From assembly GCA_020137815.1 (NCBI GenBank), contig WFME01000035.1:1-10505 (forward strand): 10,505 bases of DNA. The letters run 5' to 3'. Positions 1-9,359 of the stretch are shown piece after piece. Numbering within the stretch: position 1 is the stretch's first letter; each line of letters begins with the position of its first letter. This DNA is from Hormiphora californensis. Its lineage: Eukaryota; Animalia; Ctenophora. The notes below the pieces were generated by a model. That model was not told the DNA's origin. It did not search any database and was given only the letters and a program-made list of their open reading frames with translations. Made by a program: the position numbers and the translations under genes.

Positions 1-625
1 ATCGTAGCAATAAGTACTTTCGCCACAGAAATCTTTAAAACCGACTAGTTGACGAGGAACTTGACAGGGCGCCGCGGAAACTCGTTAGGATCCAATGATT
101 TCCTACCGACAGCACAGATAGACTACCGTAGCACCATACACAACTCGGTAGGAGATCCGTGAAATAGGAAGGAATAATGTGGGTTCTATCGTTTGTGTTA
201 TAACCGGAAAAAAACTGAAACAAACTCTTTGTTGTGTGAAATAAAAGTAATAAAAGAAATACAGGAGTCTTTAGTACAAAACCCCATAAAAACCATGACG
301 TAACACAACCATGTGCTCCGTTTCTTGATAATTTGCTACAGCTAATCAGCTACAAAGATTTTAGAAAAAAGGTCCCCTCTGTAATAGTCAAATCAGATAT
401 CAGTATTGGATCGACTGCAACTTGTACAGTTGTCTAAAAAATTACTTGCCACAACCCCAAACTCTTTGTATCTACTTCGACTATTACTACAACCGGACAG
501 CAAAACAGCAGACAGAGACAAGGTACGCCACTAATCAGCAGCCACTAGTATTCACCACGATCACACTCATAACACAAACGATAGCGGACACAACACCTCT
601 AAAAGGTCCCAGAGTGCATAAACAC

Positions 626-631
626 TTTATT
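626..631 (-). promoter_or_regulatory. Putative polyadenylation signal AATAAA overlapping the stop codon
   Basis: The minus strand reads ACT TAA TAA AG at the end of the CDS. Confidence 0.4.
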
Positions 632-3600
632 AAGTCCTTCTCTTCTTCCGGCCAGAGAGAAGCTGTTTCACCGATTTGTTAGACCGTCTAACAGACCGTT
701 TGTTAGACCGTTTGGCAGGGACATTTTCTTTCTCTTCATCAGACTCAGACAGTATCAATGAATCCTCAGATTCCTCCTCATTGTTGTCTTCAGAATCAAT
801 ATCCTCCACAATATCTTCCGGATTTGGCCTCTCACTATCGATCCCTAGGCATACGAAGTTTAGATACAAGAGTGAATGTCAAAAACATCATCTTTAATTC
901 ACTCTATACTATAGCTGTCAATTATCATGTACATATATAACAACTCACCCTTTTCATGATTACAGAGACATCTCATGAGTACCTGGACGTACTCAACATC
1001 AACTTTCGTCCGCCGGTCCAAGTAATAGTGCTCGAGACCTGTTTCTGCCGCGTGACCTGCACTTGCAGCGATGGTTTTCACAATCTGCAATTAAAGAAAC
1101 AAAAATTATTTTTTAGCTTGGGTCAGGTTGAATCAAAACAGACAAACGATTAGCGGAATTGTCCCAAAACTGTCTCGGACATGCAACTATTAAATATTTT
1201 ACCTGTTCTTCCTTGTCACGAGCTCGAATCAGGTCAATACTCAGGGTCCAGAAATACTGTCGCAACGCAGTGGGAGAAATTTTCCTCCCAGCCGTGAAGA
1301 GATCTGATAGTCCAGCTTCCTTCAACCCTTTGATTAGCTGAATTGGAAATTTGATTAAATTGGAATAAATGCCGCTTTCTGTTTTTGAGAGCAAGTATTA
1401 GTAGGCCGAAAGAGATACCTAACTCCTAACGGAGTTTAATCTATTTAAATCCTAATCCAAATTATAACTAACAAATGAGTCACATCAAACGGGCCTTACC
1501 AATCGGCACGCATTGTTGGTTGTCCTTGGCGTCCCATCCCACCGGCACAGCAGCTGTTGACAGCCTTCTGGTTGATTTTGAATCACCTTTGCCATCACCT
1601 AAAATGGGGTCTCGAGAAGGGGCTGAATGGGGCAATCCTTGCGCTTACGAGCGCAGTGGTTATCCAAACTCAACAGCATTTAGTAACATACCTGTAAGTA
1701 GGCTGAAACCAACTTCATCATATTTTCTGTAAGAAATATGTTGGGTGCCCCTTTGCTGCGAATGGTCTTCAGACAACCGAATTGTTTCAGCACGGTCTGT
1801 AAGGAAAGCACAATGATTATATATATTATCAATAAACCTGGGTTTATATGTCGCGGGTCACCCGCTAGGGTGATTCGCTAGACCATATACTGCCCGACCT
1901 GCGAAGCAGGGAGGGTTGTATATGGTATAAAACCCGACCAAAGGGAGGGGTTTATACTTTATATAAGCAAGGATTTATTGATTATAAGTTTTAGCGGCAA
2001 AAACATCCATGATTTTTATAGCGGGCGGGGTATATATCACCCGCTAACATTTATATATATACATAACAGGCGGGAGGTAGTTTGGCCCCCATTGGTAATA
2101 ATTGAGCCCAAAATTTACGTTATTCATAAAAAGTTTAAACTTACATTTTCCGGATCATCATGTAACTTAACACGTACTCGGAACAGGGTACCTCTTTCAG
2201 TTTCTACGGATACCTGAAAGATCAATGGCAGGGTTTAGAAATTTGGATATGGTAGACTAAAGATTGTCTTGTCCGTAGTGTCCGCTATGTGATGCACATA
2301 GCAACCGTACGTGAATACGTGTTCTTGAGTCTAGAGGCAGTGAAATTTCTAGTTCTTACCCTGTCGATTACATCCTTCAGGCTCACTGTAAGCGGCTCAC
2401 TTGCCCTAGTCGGTCGGCAGAGCAGCATGCCGAAATAAATCAGGCGCACAGCTCTGCTGTGTAATTCAGGGGTCCATCGTCTTCTCTGGATTTCTGAAGC
2501 AACTTCGGAAAACCTCTTACATTCTAACATCGCTAACCAATCCTTTAAGGCAAACATATGCCGCGACTTAGTCTCCTTATCGATCTCCAGTTTGGATTTC
2601 CTGGAAACAAAAGAGCTAGGTCAAATTACTGAAACGACCCTTAGTAATATTGCAGGTGCAAAATTCATTATCGACCTTCGCCTACCTCTCTGATTCTTGT
2701 CTCTTTTTGTATAAGTTCAGGTCTGTTGAAAGTATATCAACATGGTCTCCGTTCAAAAACTGTTTGTACTGCAGGAACTTTATAAACTGAAACACAAAAA
2801 ATGTTAGTTGCTTAGAATGTTCCACTGGTAGGGTATCAGTGGGTTATGATGAAACTTGACTGGTGGGATATCAGTGGGTTATGATGAAACTTGACTGGTA
2901 GGATATCAGTGGGTTATGCCCTAGTTATACCACCGATATCCTACCGGCAGAGGTTTAGGACCAGGCAGTACAGGTGGGATATCAGTGGGTTATGATGAAA
3001 ATTGACTGGTAGGATATCAGTGGGTTATGCCCTAGTTATACCACCGATATCCTACCGGCAGAGGTTTAGGACCAGGCAGTACAGGTGGGATATCAGTGGG
3101 TTATGATGAAACTTGACTGGTGGGATATCAGTGGGTTATGACCTAGTTATACCACCGATATCCTACCGGCAGAGGTTTAGGACCAGGCAGTACAGGTGGG
3201 ATATCAGTGGGTTATGATGAAACTTGACTGGTGGGATATCAGTGGGTTATGACCTAGTTATACCACCGATATCCTACCGGCAGAGGTTTAGGACCAGGCA
3301 GTACAGGTGGGATATCAGTGGGTTATGATGAAACTTGACTGGTGGGATATCAGTGGGTTATGACCTAGTTATACCACAAATATCTCATCGGATAGAACAT
3401 ACACACGCCGCACGGTTTTTACTTACGTTCAGCAGGTGAGAACATGTCTGAGACTGGAGAGAAGGTCCTGCGATTCTTGTGCCATTTAGATTATTGTTTG
3501 GTATTAATGTTATTACCACCTTGATTCCATCCGTTGTGAGGAATTTCTCCAAAAATTGCTCACCATTATCTGGATCCACGTTAACTACTCTACACTGGAA

Positions 3601-6600
3601 ATACAATTTGATTAATCGATTTTTGAGACTTAAATGAACAGAACCTTTATAACCAGATTGATATATTAGTTACTCACCCATTCTTTTAATAACTGATATA
3701 AGCGATTGAACTCAGTCTTCTTCTGTTGATCTGATACAGTTGCAAGTTTCCGGTGTTCCACCCACCCTTCAAGCGCAGTTTTCATAGTCCATCGATAGTG
3801 GTCGATGATCACTAGGTTTTGACCGAGACGCGACGAGTCTAAAACCATCTGAAACATAAAAGGCTGATACTATGATAGCATAAATAGTGCTATATATTAT
3901 CCTTTAAGACCAGATATTTTCACGAGCAGCTTGCTAATACACCATGCATTTTGAGAAAAACTTACTGCACTGGCTGGTCTTCGCGGAACCAAAATTCCTG
4001 ACTGGTCGAAATTTCCCACTTGCAGCTGTTCCCAGTTAGCACTAAAAACAAAATTTTGATTAAAGCTACGAAGTGAAAGCTTTACATAGTAACACAATAG
4101 TCTTTCTATAGCAACTTTACCTCGTTACAATATCATCGTTACTCAATAGCTCCATGTATGAAGAAGAAGGAGGTGAAGCCATGTTCCTGAAGAAACCATG
4201 TTCCTGAAGATAGAATATTGTTACACCAAACAGCTACGTTATCGGTTAGAAGTAGCTAGTCGTGAGAAACTGAAATAGACTTTAGACAGATGAGACCGTG
4301 TGATTTACACTGAATTCCGCGGTAGAAAGGGGTTGAAGGTCTCTCTCTCCCAACAAAGCCAAGGATGATGAAGGCTGCTCCTCATTATTTCCAGCTGCTT
4401 CTACTACGGTATAGCCACTGAGGTTTTCCAGTTCTTCCCTGGCTCTAGCTGCTTCATTCTCTTCCTGAAGATAGAAAATTGTTACACCAAACAGCTACGT
4501 TATCGATTAGAGGTAGCTAGTCGTGAGAAACTGAAATAGACTTTAGACAGATGAGACCGTGTGATTTACACTGAATTCCGCGGTAGAAAGGGGTTGAAGG
4601 TCTCTCTCTCCCAACAAAGCCAAGGATGATGAAGGCTGCTCCTCATTATTTCCAGCTGCTTCTACTACGGTATAGCCACTGAGGTTTTCCAGTTCTTCCC
4701 TGTCTCTAGCTGCTTCATTCTCTTCCTGAAGATAGAAAATTGTTACACCAAACAGCTACGTTATCGAATAGAGGTAGCTAGTCGTGAGAAACAAGTGACT
4801 TGTAAACTTGATATGCGGCTCCTCATAACCCACTGATATCCCACCTGTACTGCCTGGTCCTAAACCTCTGCCGGTAGGATATCGGTGGTATAACTAGGGC
4901 ATAACCCACTGATATCCTACCAGTCAATTTTCATCATAACCCACTGATATCCCACCTGTACTGCCTGGTCCTAAACCTCTGCCGGTAGGATATCGGTGGT
5001 ATAACTAGGGCATAACCCACTGATATCCTACCAGTCAATTTTCATTATAACCCACTGATATCCCACCTGTACTGCCTGGTCCTAAACCTCTGCCGGTAGG
5101 ATATCGGTGGTATAACTAGGGCATAACCCACTGATATCCTACCAGTCAATTTTCATCATAACCCACTGATATCCCACCTGTACTGCCTGGTCCTAAACCT
5201 CTGCCGGTAGGATATCGGTGGTATAACTAGGGCATAACCCACTGATATCCTACCAGTCAATTTTCATCATAACCCACTGATATCCCACCTGTACTGCCTG
5301 GTCCTAAACCTCTGCCGGTAGGATATCGGTGGTATAACTAGGGCATAACCCACTGATATCCTACCAGTCAATTTTCATCATAACCCACTGATATCCCACC
5401 TGTACTGCCTGGTCCTAAACCTCTGCCGGTAGGATATCGGTGGTATAACTAGGGCATAACCCACTGATACCCTACCAGTCAATTTTCATCATAACCCACT
5501 GATATCCCACCTGTACTGCCTGGTCCTAAACCTCTGCCGGTAGGATATCGGTGGTATAACTAGGGCATAACCCACTGATATCCTACCAGTCAATTTTCAT
5601 CATAACCCACTGATATCCCACCTGTACTGCCTGGAAGTTTATGCATACTACATATCTTTAACTACACATGCTGACGTGAGTCACGTGACCCTACCTTTAC
5701 TCTGTTGTTGACGAGTGCTCCGTACTCTTTGTTGTAATCTTTTTCCGTCTCGAAGAATGACGTAAACGTCATACATGAATACTTCTCAATAACCTTTAGT
5801 GCCTGGCGGCGAAAGGTAAAAGGATCATACTCAATTTATGAGAATTTAGTAACAAAAACGGACGTAAGGAAAATGTTTGCAGGCCCGAATTGATGTCACT
5901 CACCTGGGGATGCGATTTTCGAATGTGTATTGAACAATAGTTTTCGGAGTAACTTCTGGCACAGATGTAACATATCACGGGTGTTTTTTTACTTCTTAGC
6001 TTTGATCGTTCAACAGCTGGGTCCAAGCCTGAAAATCGAGAGTTGTGTTAGGATCGAGCAGTAGCAAAGAAAATGTACAGCAGTGAGTTTCCAGCAGAGA
6101 GTTAGAACCAGGTGGGTAGTTATACCACAGATTATATCCACACAGTACATTCTGTCATTTACCTTTTAAAGTTATAACTTTACACCGGGTCTTGCCGGTC
6201 TTAGAGTCGTACACATGTCTAAAAAGGCTTTGCAGTGACATTTCCTCACTGCAATGGGGACACTTTCTTTTCTCACCCTAAGAAAAGAGCATGAATTATA
6301 ACATCATTTTGATTTTTATCAAAAAAATCTTACACCCGACACGGGTACAAAGAATTCTAGCAAATTCAGTTTTGAAGCGAAGTGAAGTTGGTGATTGGTG
6401 AAAGGAATACATACTCGCTTCAAGTTTTTCTCGATTCTTCTTTCTGAAAATAATTGAAACTAAGTTAGATAGATTGAGATAGAGAGGGATGGAGGAGCGA
6501 GATATATGAAGAGAGAGAGAGAGAGACAGAGAGAGAGACATTTCAGAAGAAGAGAATTCACCAAGAATTACTTACTAGTATTTGGAGATTGGGGCAACTG

Positions 6601-8208
6601 CTCAGCTACATGTTCCGCAAGTTCCGGGGCCGCAAGTTCCGGGGCCACGCGTTCCGCAAGTTCCGGGGCCGCAAGTTCCGGGGCTACGTGTTCCACAAGT
6701 TCCGGGGCCGCAAGTTCCGGGGCTACGTGTTCCGCAAGTTCCGGGGCTACGTGTTCCGCAAGTTCCGGTGCCGCAAGTTCCGCAAGTTCCGGTGCCGCAA
6801 GTTCCGGGGCTACGTGTTCCGCAAGTTCCGGGGCCGCAAGTTCCGGGGCTACGTGTTCCACAAGTTCCGGTGCCGCAAGTTCCGGGGCTACGTGTTCCAC
6901 AAGTTCCGGTGCCGCAAGTTCCGGGGCTACGTGTTCCGCAAGTTCCGGGGCCACGCGTTCCGCAAGTTCCAGGGCCGCAAGTTCCCTGGCTACGTGTTCC
7001 GCAAGTTCCAGGGCCGCAAGTTCCGGGGCTACGTGTTCCACAAGTTCCGGTGCCGCAAGTTCCGGGGCTACGTGTTCCACAAGTTCCGGGGCCACGCGTT
7101 CCGCAAGTTCCAGGGCCGCAAGTTCCGGGGCTACGTGTTCCGCAAGTTCCGGGGCCGCAAGTTCCGGGGCTACGTGTTCCACAAGTTCCGGGGCCGCAAG
7201 TTCCGGGGCTACGTGTTCCGCAAGTTCCAGGGCCGCAAGTTCCGGGGCTACGTGTTCCGCAAGTTCCGGGGCCGCAAGTTCCGGGGCTACGTGTTCCACA
7301 AGTTCCGGGGCTACGTGTTCCACAAGTTCCGGGGCCACGCGTTCCGCAAGTTCCGGGGCCGCAAGTTCCGGGGCTACGTGTTCCACAAGTTCCGGGGCCG
7401 CAAGTTCCGGGGCTACGTGTTCCGCAAGTTCCGGGGCCGCAAGTTCCGGGGCTACGTGTTCCACAAGTTCCGGGGCCGCAAGTTCCGGGGCTACGTGTTC
7501 CACAAGTTCCGGGGCCGCAAGTTCCGGGGCCACATGTTCCGGGGCTACGTGTTCCGCAAGTTCCGGGGCCGCAAGTTCCGGGGCTACGTGTTCAGCCTCA
7601 TTTCCACATTCGACCTGTACAAGGGGTGTGTTAGTCACTATTTAGTGTGCCAATTGTGTGATGTCACAGGTGTGATAATATGTGTGGCAATATAATACCC
7701 CAGATGGTACAATTTTTTAATATTTTGAAGAAGCAACATGCTGACACCGGGGTCTCAGATAATTAACAGCTGATGACTTTTCTAGCGTTTCTTCTAGGCG
7801 GTTCTTACCTCATAAGTCCCCTTTTGTTTGACATCGTTAGTCCATTTAAATAACCCGTCTTCATCGAAGATTACTTTGTACCTCAAGCCTGAGAATAATA
7901 AATTTCAATTAATATGTCTGTGTAGCATAGTGCATAATACTACGGTTAATGTAGTTCATTATCATAATAATAAATTTGTTCAGCTTTGAGCTCAAATACA
8001 GATTGTTCAGTTTTTTCATTTAGATATAAACCAAGAACAGATAGAGAGAGAGGGGGGGATAGAGATATCGGGGGGGGGGGGGGATAGAGATATCGTTTTC
8101 ATTACCTCTTTTTTTGGTTGCTACTATGGTAGCATCGTACCAATAACCTTGATATTTAGCTATTATCTTATCGTGCTTAGAAAACTTCAGCTGTTTCCTA
8201 GTTGACAT
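630..8208 (-). CDS. Spliced gene (21 exons, ~1169 aa): Tudor-like + Zn-finger + tyrosine recombinase (phage-integrase family; Crypton-like) protein
   Basis: Hand-built model; every intron is GT..AG and phases are consistent. Exons: 8208-8106, 7888-7809, 7614-6576, 6443-6415, 6277-6163, 6028-5904, 5802-5695, 4725-4570, 4464-4309, 4203-4121, 4041-3966, 3848-3678, 3594-3427, 2786-2686, 2600-2360, 2213-2145, 1796-1692, 1598-1500, 1337-1203, 1084-949, 844-630. Total 3510 nt with no internal stop, ending in TAA at 632-630. Many minus-strand ORFs in the track are these exons plus intron read-through. Uncertain points: exon 13 may contain a small in-frame intron, and an upstream exon is possible (CAG acceptors just before ATG 8208). 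Confidence 0.85.
949..2786 (-). CDS. Tyrosine recombinase region (exons 14-20 of the gene above)
   Basis: The spliced translation shows YR motifs in canonical order: LLCRPT-R-ASEPLTVSL (R at 2407-2405), CL-K-TIRSKGAPNIFL (K at 1769-1767), LLCRWDGTP, ISPTAL-R-QYFWT (HxxR box with T in place of H; R at 1262-1260), IAASAG-H-AAETGLEH-YY (H at 1054-1052, YY at 1027-1022). Motif recognition by eye; no HMM was run. Confidence 0.8.
1830..1980. mobile_element. Short palindromic MITE-like element, copy 1 (intron 16)
   Basis: Begins caataaacc and ends ggatttattg (imperfect terminal inverted repeats). Internal hairpin accatatac...gtatatggt. Homologous to 8266-8390. Confidence 0.6.
2824..3384 (+). repeat. 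Intronic tandem array of a 111-bp unit (~4+ copies, preceded by 35-bp subunits)
   Basis: ccgatatcctaccggcag recurs at 2933, 3044, 3155 and 3266 (period 111). A 35-nt subrepeat gactggtRggatatcagtgggttatgatgaaactt is at the left end. Confidence 0.95.
4201..4791. repeat. 261-bp tandem duplication (~2.3 copies) of an exon+intron unit
   Basis: ttcctgaagatagaa occurs at 4201, 4462 and 4723. Each full unit holds a 156-nt phase-0 exon and a 105-nt intron, with few substitutions. Confidence 0.95.
4824..5633 (-). repeat. Intronic tandem array of the same 111-bp unit in inverted orientation (~7.3 copies)
   Basis: cccacctgtactgcc recurs every 111 bp from 4840 to 5617 and is the reverse complement of the 2824-3384 unit. 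Copies are nearly identical. Confidence 0.95.
5904..6277 (-). CDS. Two zinc-finger-like motifs (exons 5-6)
   Basis: Exon 5 gives CPHC-SEEMSLQSLFR-H-VYDSKTGKTR-C (C2HC-like). Exon 6 gives CYIC-ARSYSENYCSI-H-IRKS-H (Cx2C-x11-Hx4H, C2H2-like). Confidence 0.65.
6480..6540. repeat. (GA)n-rich microsatellite in intron 3
   Basis: gagagagagagagagacagagagagagac and an adjacent purine-rich stretch. Confidence 0.7.
6608..7593. repeat. Coding minisatellite of 24-nt and 15-nt units, encoding (ELAEHVAP/ELVEHVAP/ELAAP)n on the minus strand
   Basis: Interspersed gcaagttccggggctacgtgttcc (24 nt) and gcaagttccggggcc (15 nt) units. It lies within exon 3, bounded by ttgtacAG|GTC (7614) and ACTA|GTAAGT (6576) in the phases the neighbouring exons require. 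Confidence 0.95.
7809..8208 (-). CDS. N-terminal Tudor/Royal-family-like domain (exons 1-2)
   Basis: Spliced peptide MSTRKQLKFSKHDKIIAKYQGYWYDATIVATKKRGLRYKVIFDEDGLFKWTNDVK fits the Tudor pattern F..G/H..V/I.A.(W/Y)...(W/Y)Y.A.I......Y.V.F.DG, with candidate aromatic-cage residues. Confidence 0.7.
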
Positions 8209-8265
8209 TCTCCTGATGAGAACCTGATGAGACAGAATTAGCAATAATATGCAAATGTATACAAC

Positions 8266-8390
8266 CAATAAACCCGGGCATGTATGTAGGGGGTCATCCG
8301 CAAGGATAATTCGCTACACCATATACTGCCCGACCTGAGAAGCAGGGAGGGTGGTATATGGGATAAAAAGGGTGGGGCACGGATTTATTG
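8266..8390. mobile_element. Short palindromic MITE-like element, copy 2 (just upstream of the ATG)
   Basis: Same termini, and shares attcgcta.accatatactgcccgacctg.gaagcagggaggg..gtatatgg.ataaaa with 1830-1980. Confidence 0.6.
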
Positions 8391-9081
8391 CTAACAAATA
8401 TACGTGCTTTACAAAGTGGGCAGACGTTCACCAGCTAGGGAAAAAACAATAATAATGATAATAGAATATGCTTCATGCTAGTTTCATACATAAATATCGG
8501 CACAATATGCTTCATGCTAGCTTTAAACACACTATCAGCATTCTAGTTCAGCACACCAACCCTGAACGAGTTTGGGCATGTGACGGAAGGATGTAAAACT
8601 AAGAGCGTCACCAAGGTAGCGTGTTCCATTGGATGTATCGTACCGCATCTAGGATGAATTGAACATCGGGGTACCTTTCATTGCTAAAGGCTTCACTAAA
8701 GAAGGAAACAACACAACACGATGCATAACTAAATAAACACACAACACAAGATGCATCGGGAAAACGTCAAAGTCTGGGTGCCTTTCATTGCTAACAATTC
8801 GTAGTTTTAGCGCGCACGACAGGTTAGGGCTATCCTTTAGGGCGTGGTTAGGTTTGGTTTGGGGATATCGGTTAGGGTTATCGATTCTCTAACAGATACC
8901 GTTTAGTTTACTCAAATTGGCAATGTGGTTGCGTAGCTAAAGCCGTTGGAAAAAAGTTGGTCTAAGTGTACACTTTTGGTAGCGCACACCTGTAAACAGG
9001 TTGCAAGGCACCCAGATTATAATCACGCCCGATGCATCGCCAAACTTTCTGCAAAACACTCCGCGAAATTGGCATACGTTG

Positions 9082-9113
9082 CAGGCCCCTTATAATATAA
9101 TATAAGGGGCCTG
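9082..9113. other. Perfect 13-bp inverted repeat with a 6-bp AT spacer
   Basis: caggccccttata-atataa-tataaggggcctg, read directly from the sequence. Confidence 0.85.
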
Positions 9114-9149
9114 GAGGGAATACCGCGCTGGGGGGGAATACATAATCAA

Positions 9150-9270
9150 TCATATCTCCGGTTCCAGATAAGGTACAGAAATCGTTTTGGTAGCGTTGGA
9201 AAGAGGAAGATAAGAGCTTTTAAATGCAACCGGTTTCAGGTCTATATCTTATCAGGAACAGGAGATATGA
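9150..9270. repeat. Inverted repeat (21/23 matches), probably the internal palindrome of a non-autonomous DNA transposon
   Basis: tcatatctccggttccagataag (9150-9172) versus cttatcaggaacaggagatatga (9248-9270). Confidence 0.6.
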
Positions 9271-9359
9271 ACCAAACTCCGCAAAATCGAGTGCGGTAAA
9301 ATCGAAATTTGAATGAAATTTAAAAAAAGGTGTCCCTGCAGGAATTTGTGACGTCACTT

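Noticed and set aside
35-223. 62-aa minus-strand ORF with a possible splice acceptor
   Set aside because: No recognisable domain or partner exons; cannot be supported from this window.
422-2217. Short plus-strand ORFs (422-682, 676-897, 758-940, 956-1153, 1159-1341, 1475-1732, 1978-2217)
   Set aside because: They are antisense to YR exons or introns and show no recognisable motifs.
2824-5633. Regular repeats as a CRISPR array
   Set aside because: The units are identical head-to-tail with no unique spacers, there are no cas genes, and the context is eukaryotic introns.
2824-5633. A single foldback transposon with long TIRs carrying cargo
   Set aside because: The outer ends do not match as TIRs, no TSD was found, and the enclosed exons are collinear and in frame with the host gene.
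6334-6356. Possible 23-nt micro-exon (ctAG...GTAAG) on the minus strand
   Set aside because: Including it would frameshift the Zn-finger exon; exon 4 already joins exon 5 in phase 0.
6506-7695. Three long plus-strand ORFs (Ser/Ala/Gly-rich, VPQVPG-rich, RKFRG-rich)
   Set aside because: They are shadows of a stop-free minisatellite with units in multiples of 3. Only the minus-strand frame fits the splice phases of the surrounding gene.
630-8208. DIRS/Ngaro retrotransposon or prophage integrase interpretation
   Set aside because: No RT/RNase H/gag or phage genes are visible, and 20 spliceosomal introns are incompatible with a prokaryotic gene and unlikely for a retroelement.
9348-9357. gtgacgtcac palindrome (CRE-like TGACGTCA) next to the telomeric tract
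   Set aside because: Too short to distinguish from chance without functional data.
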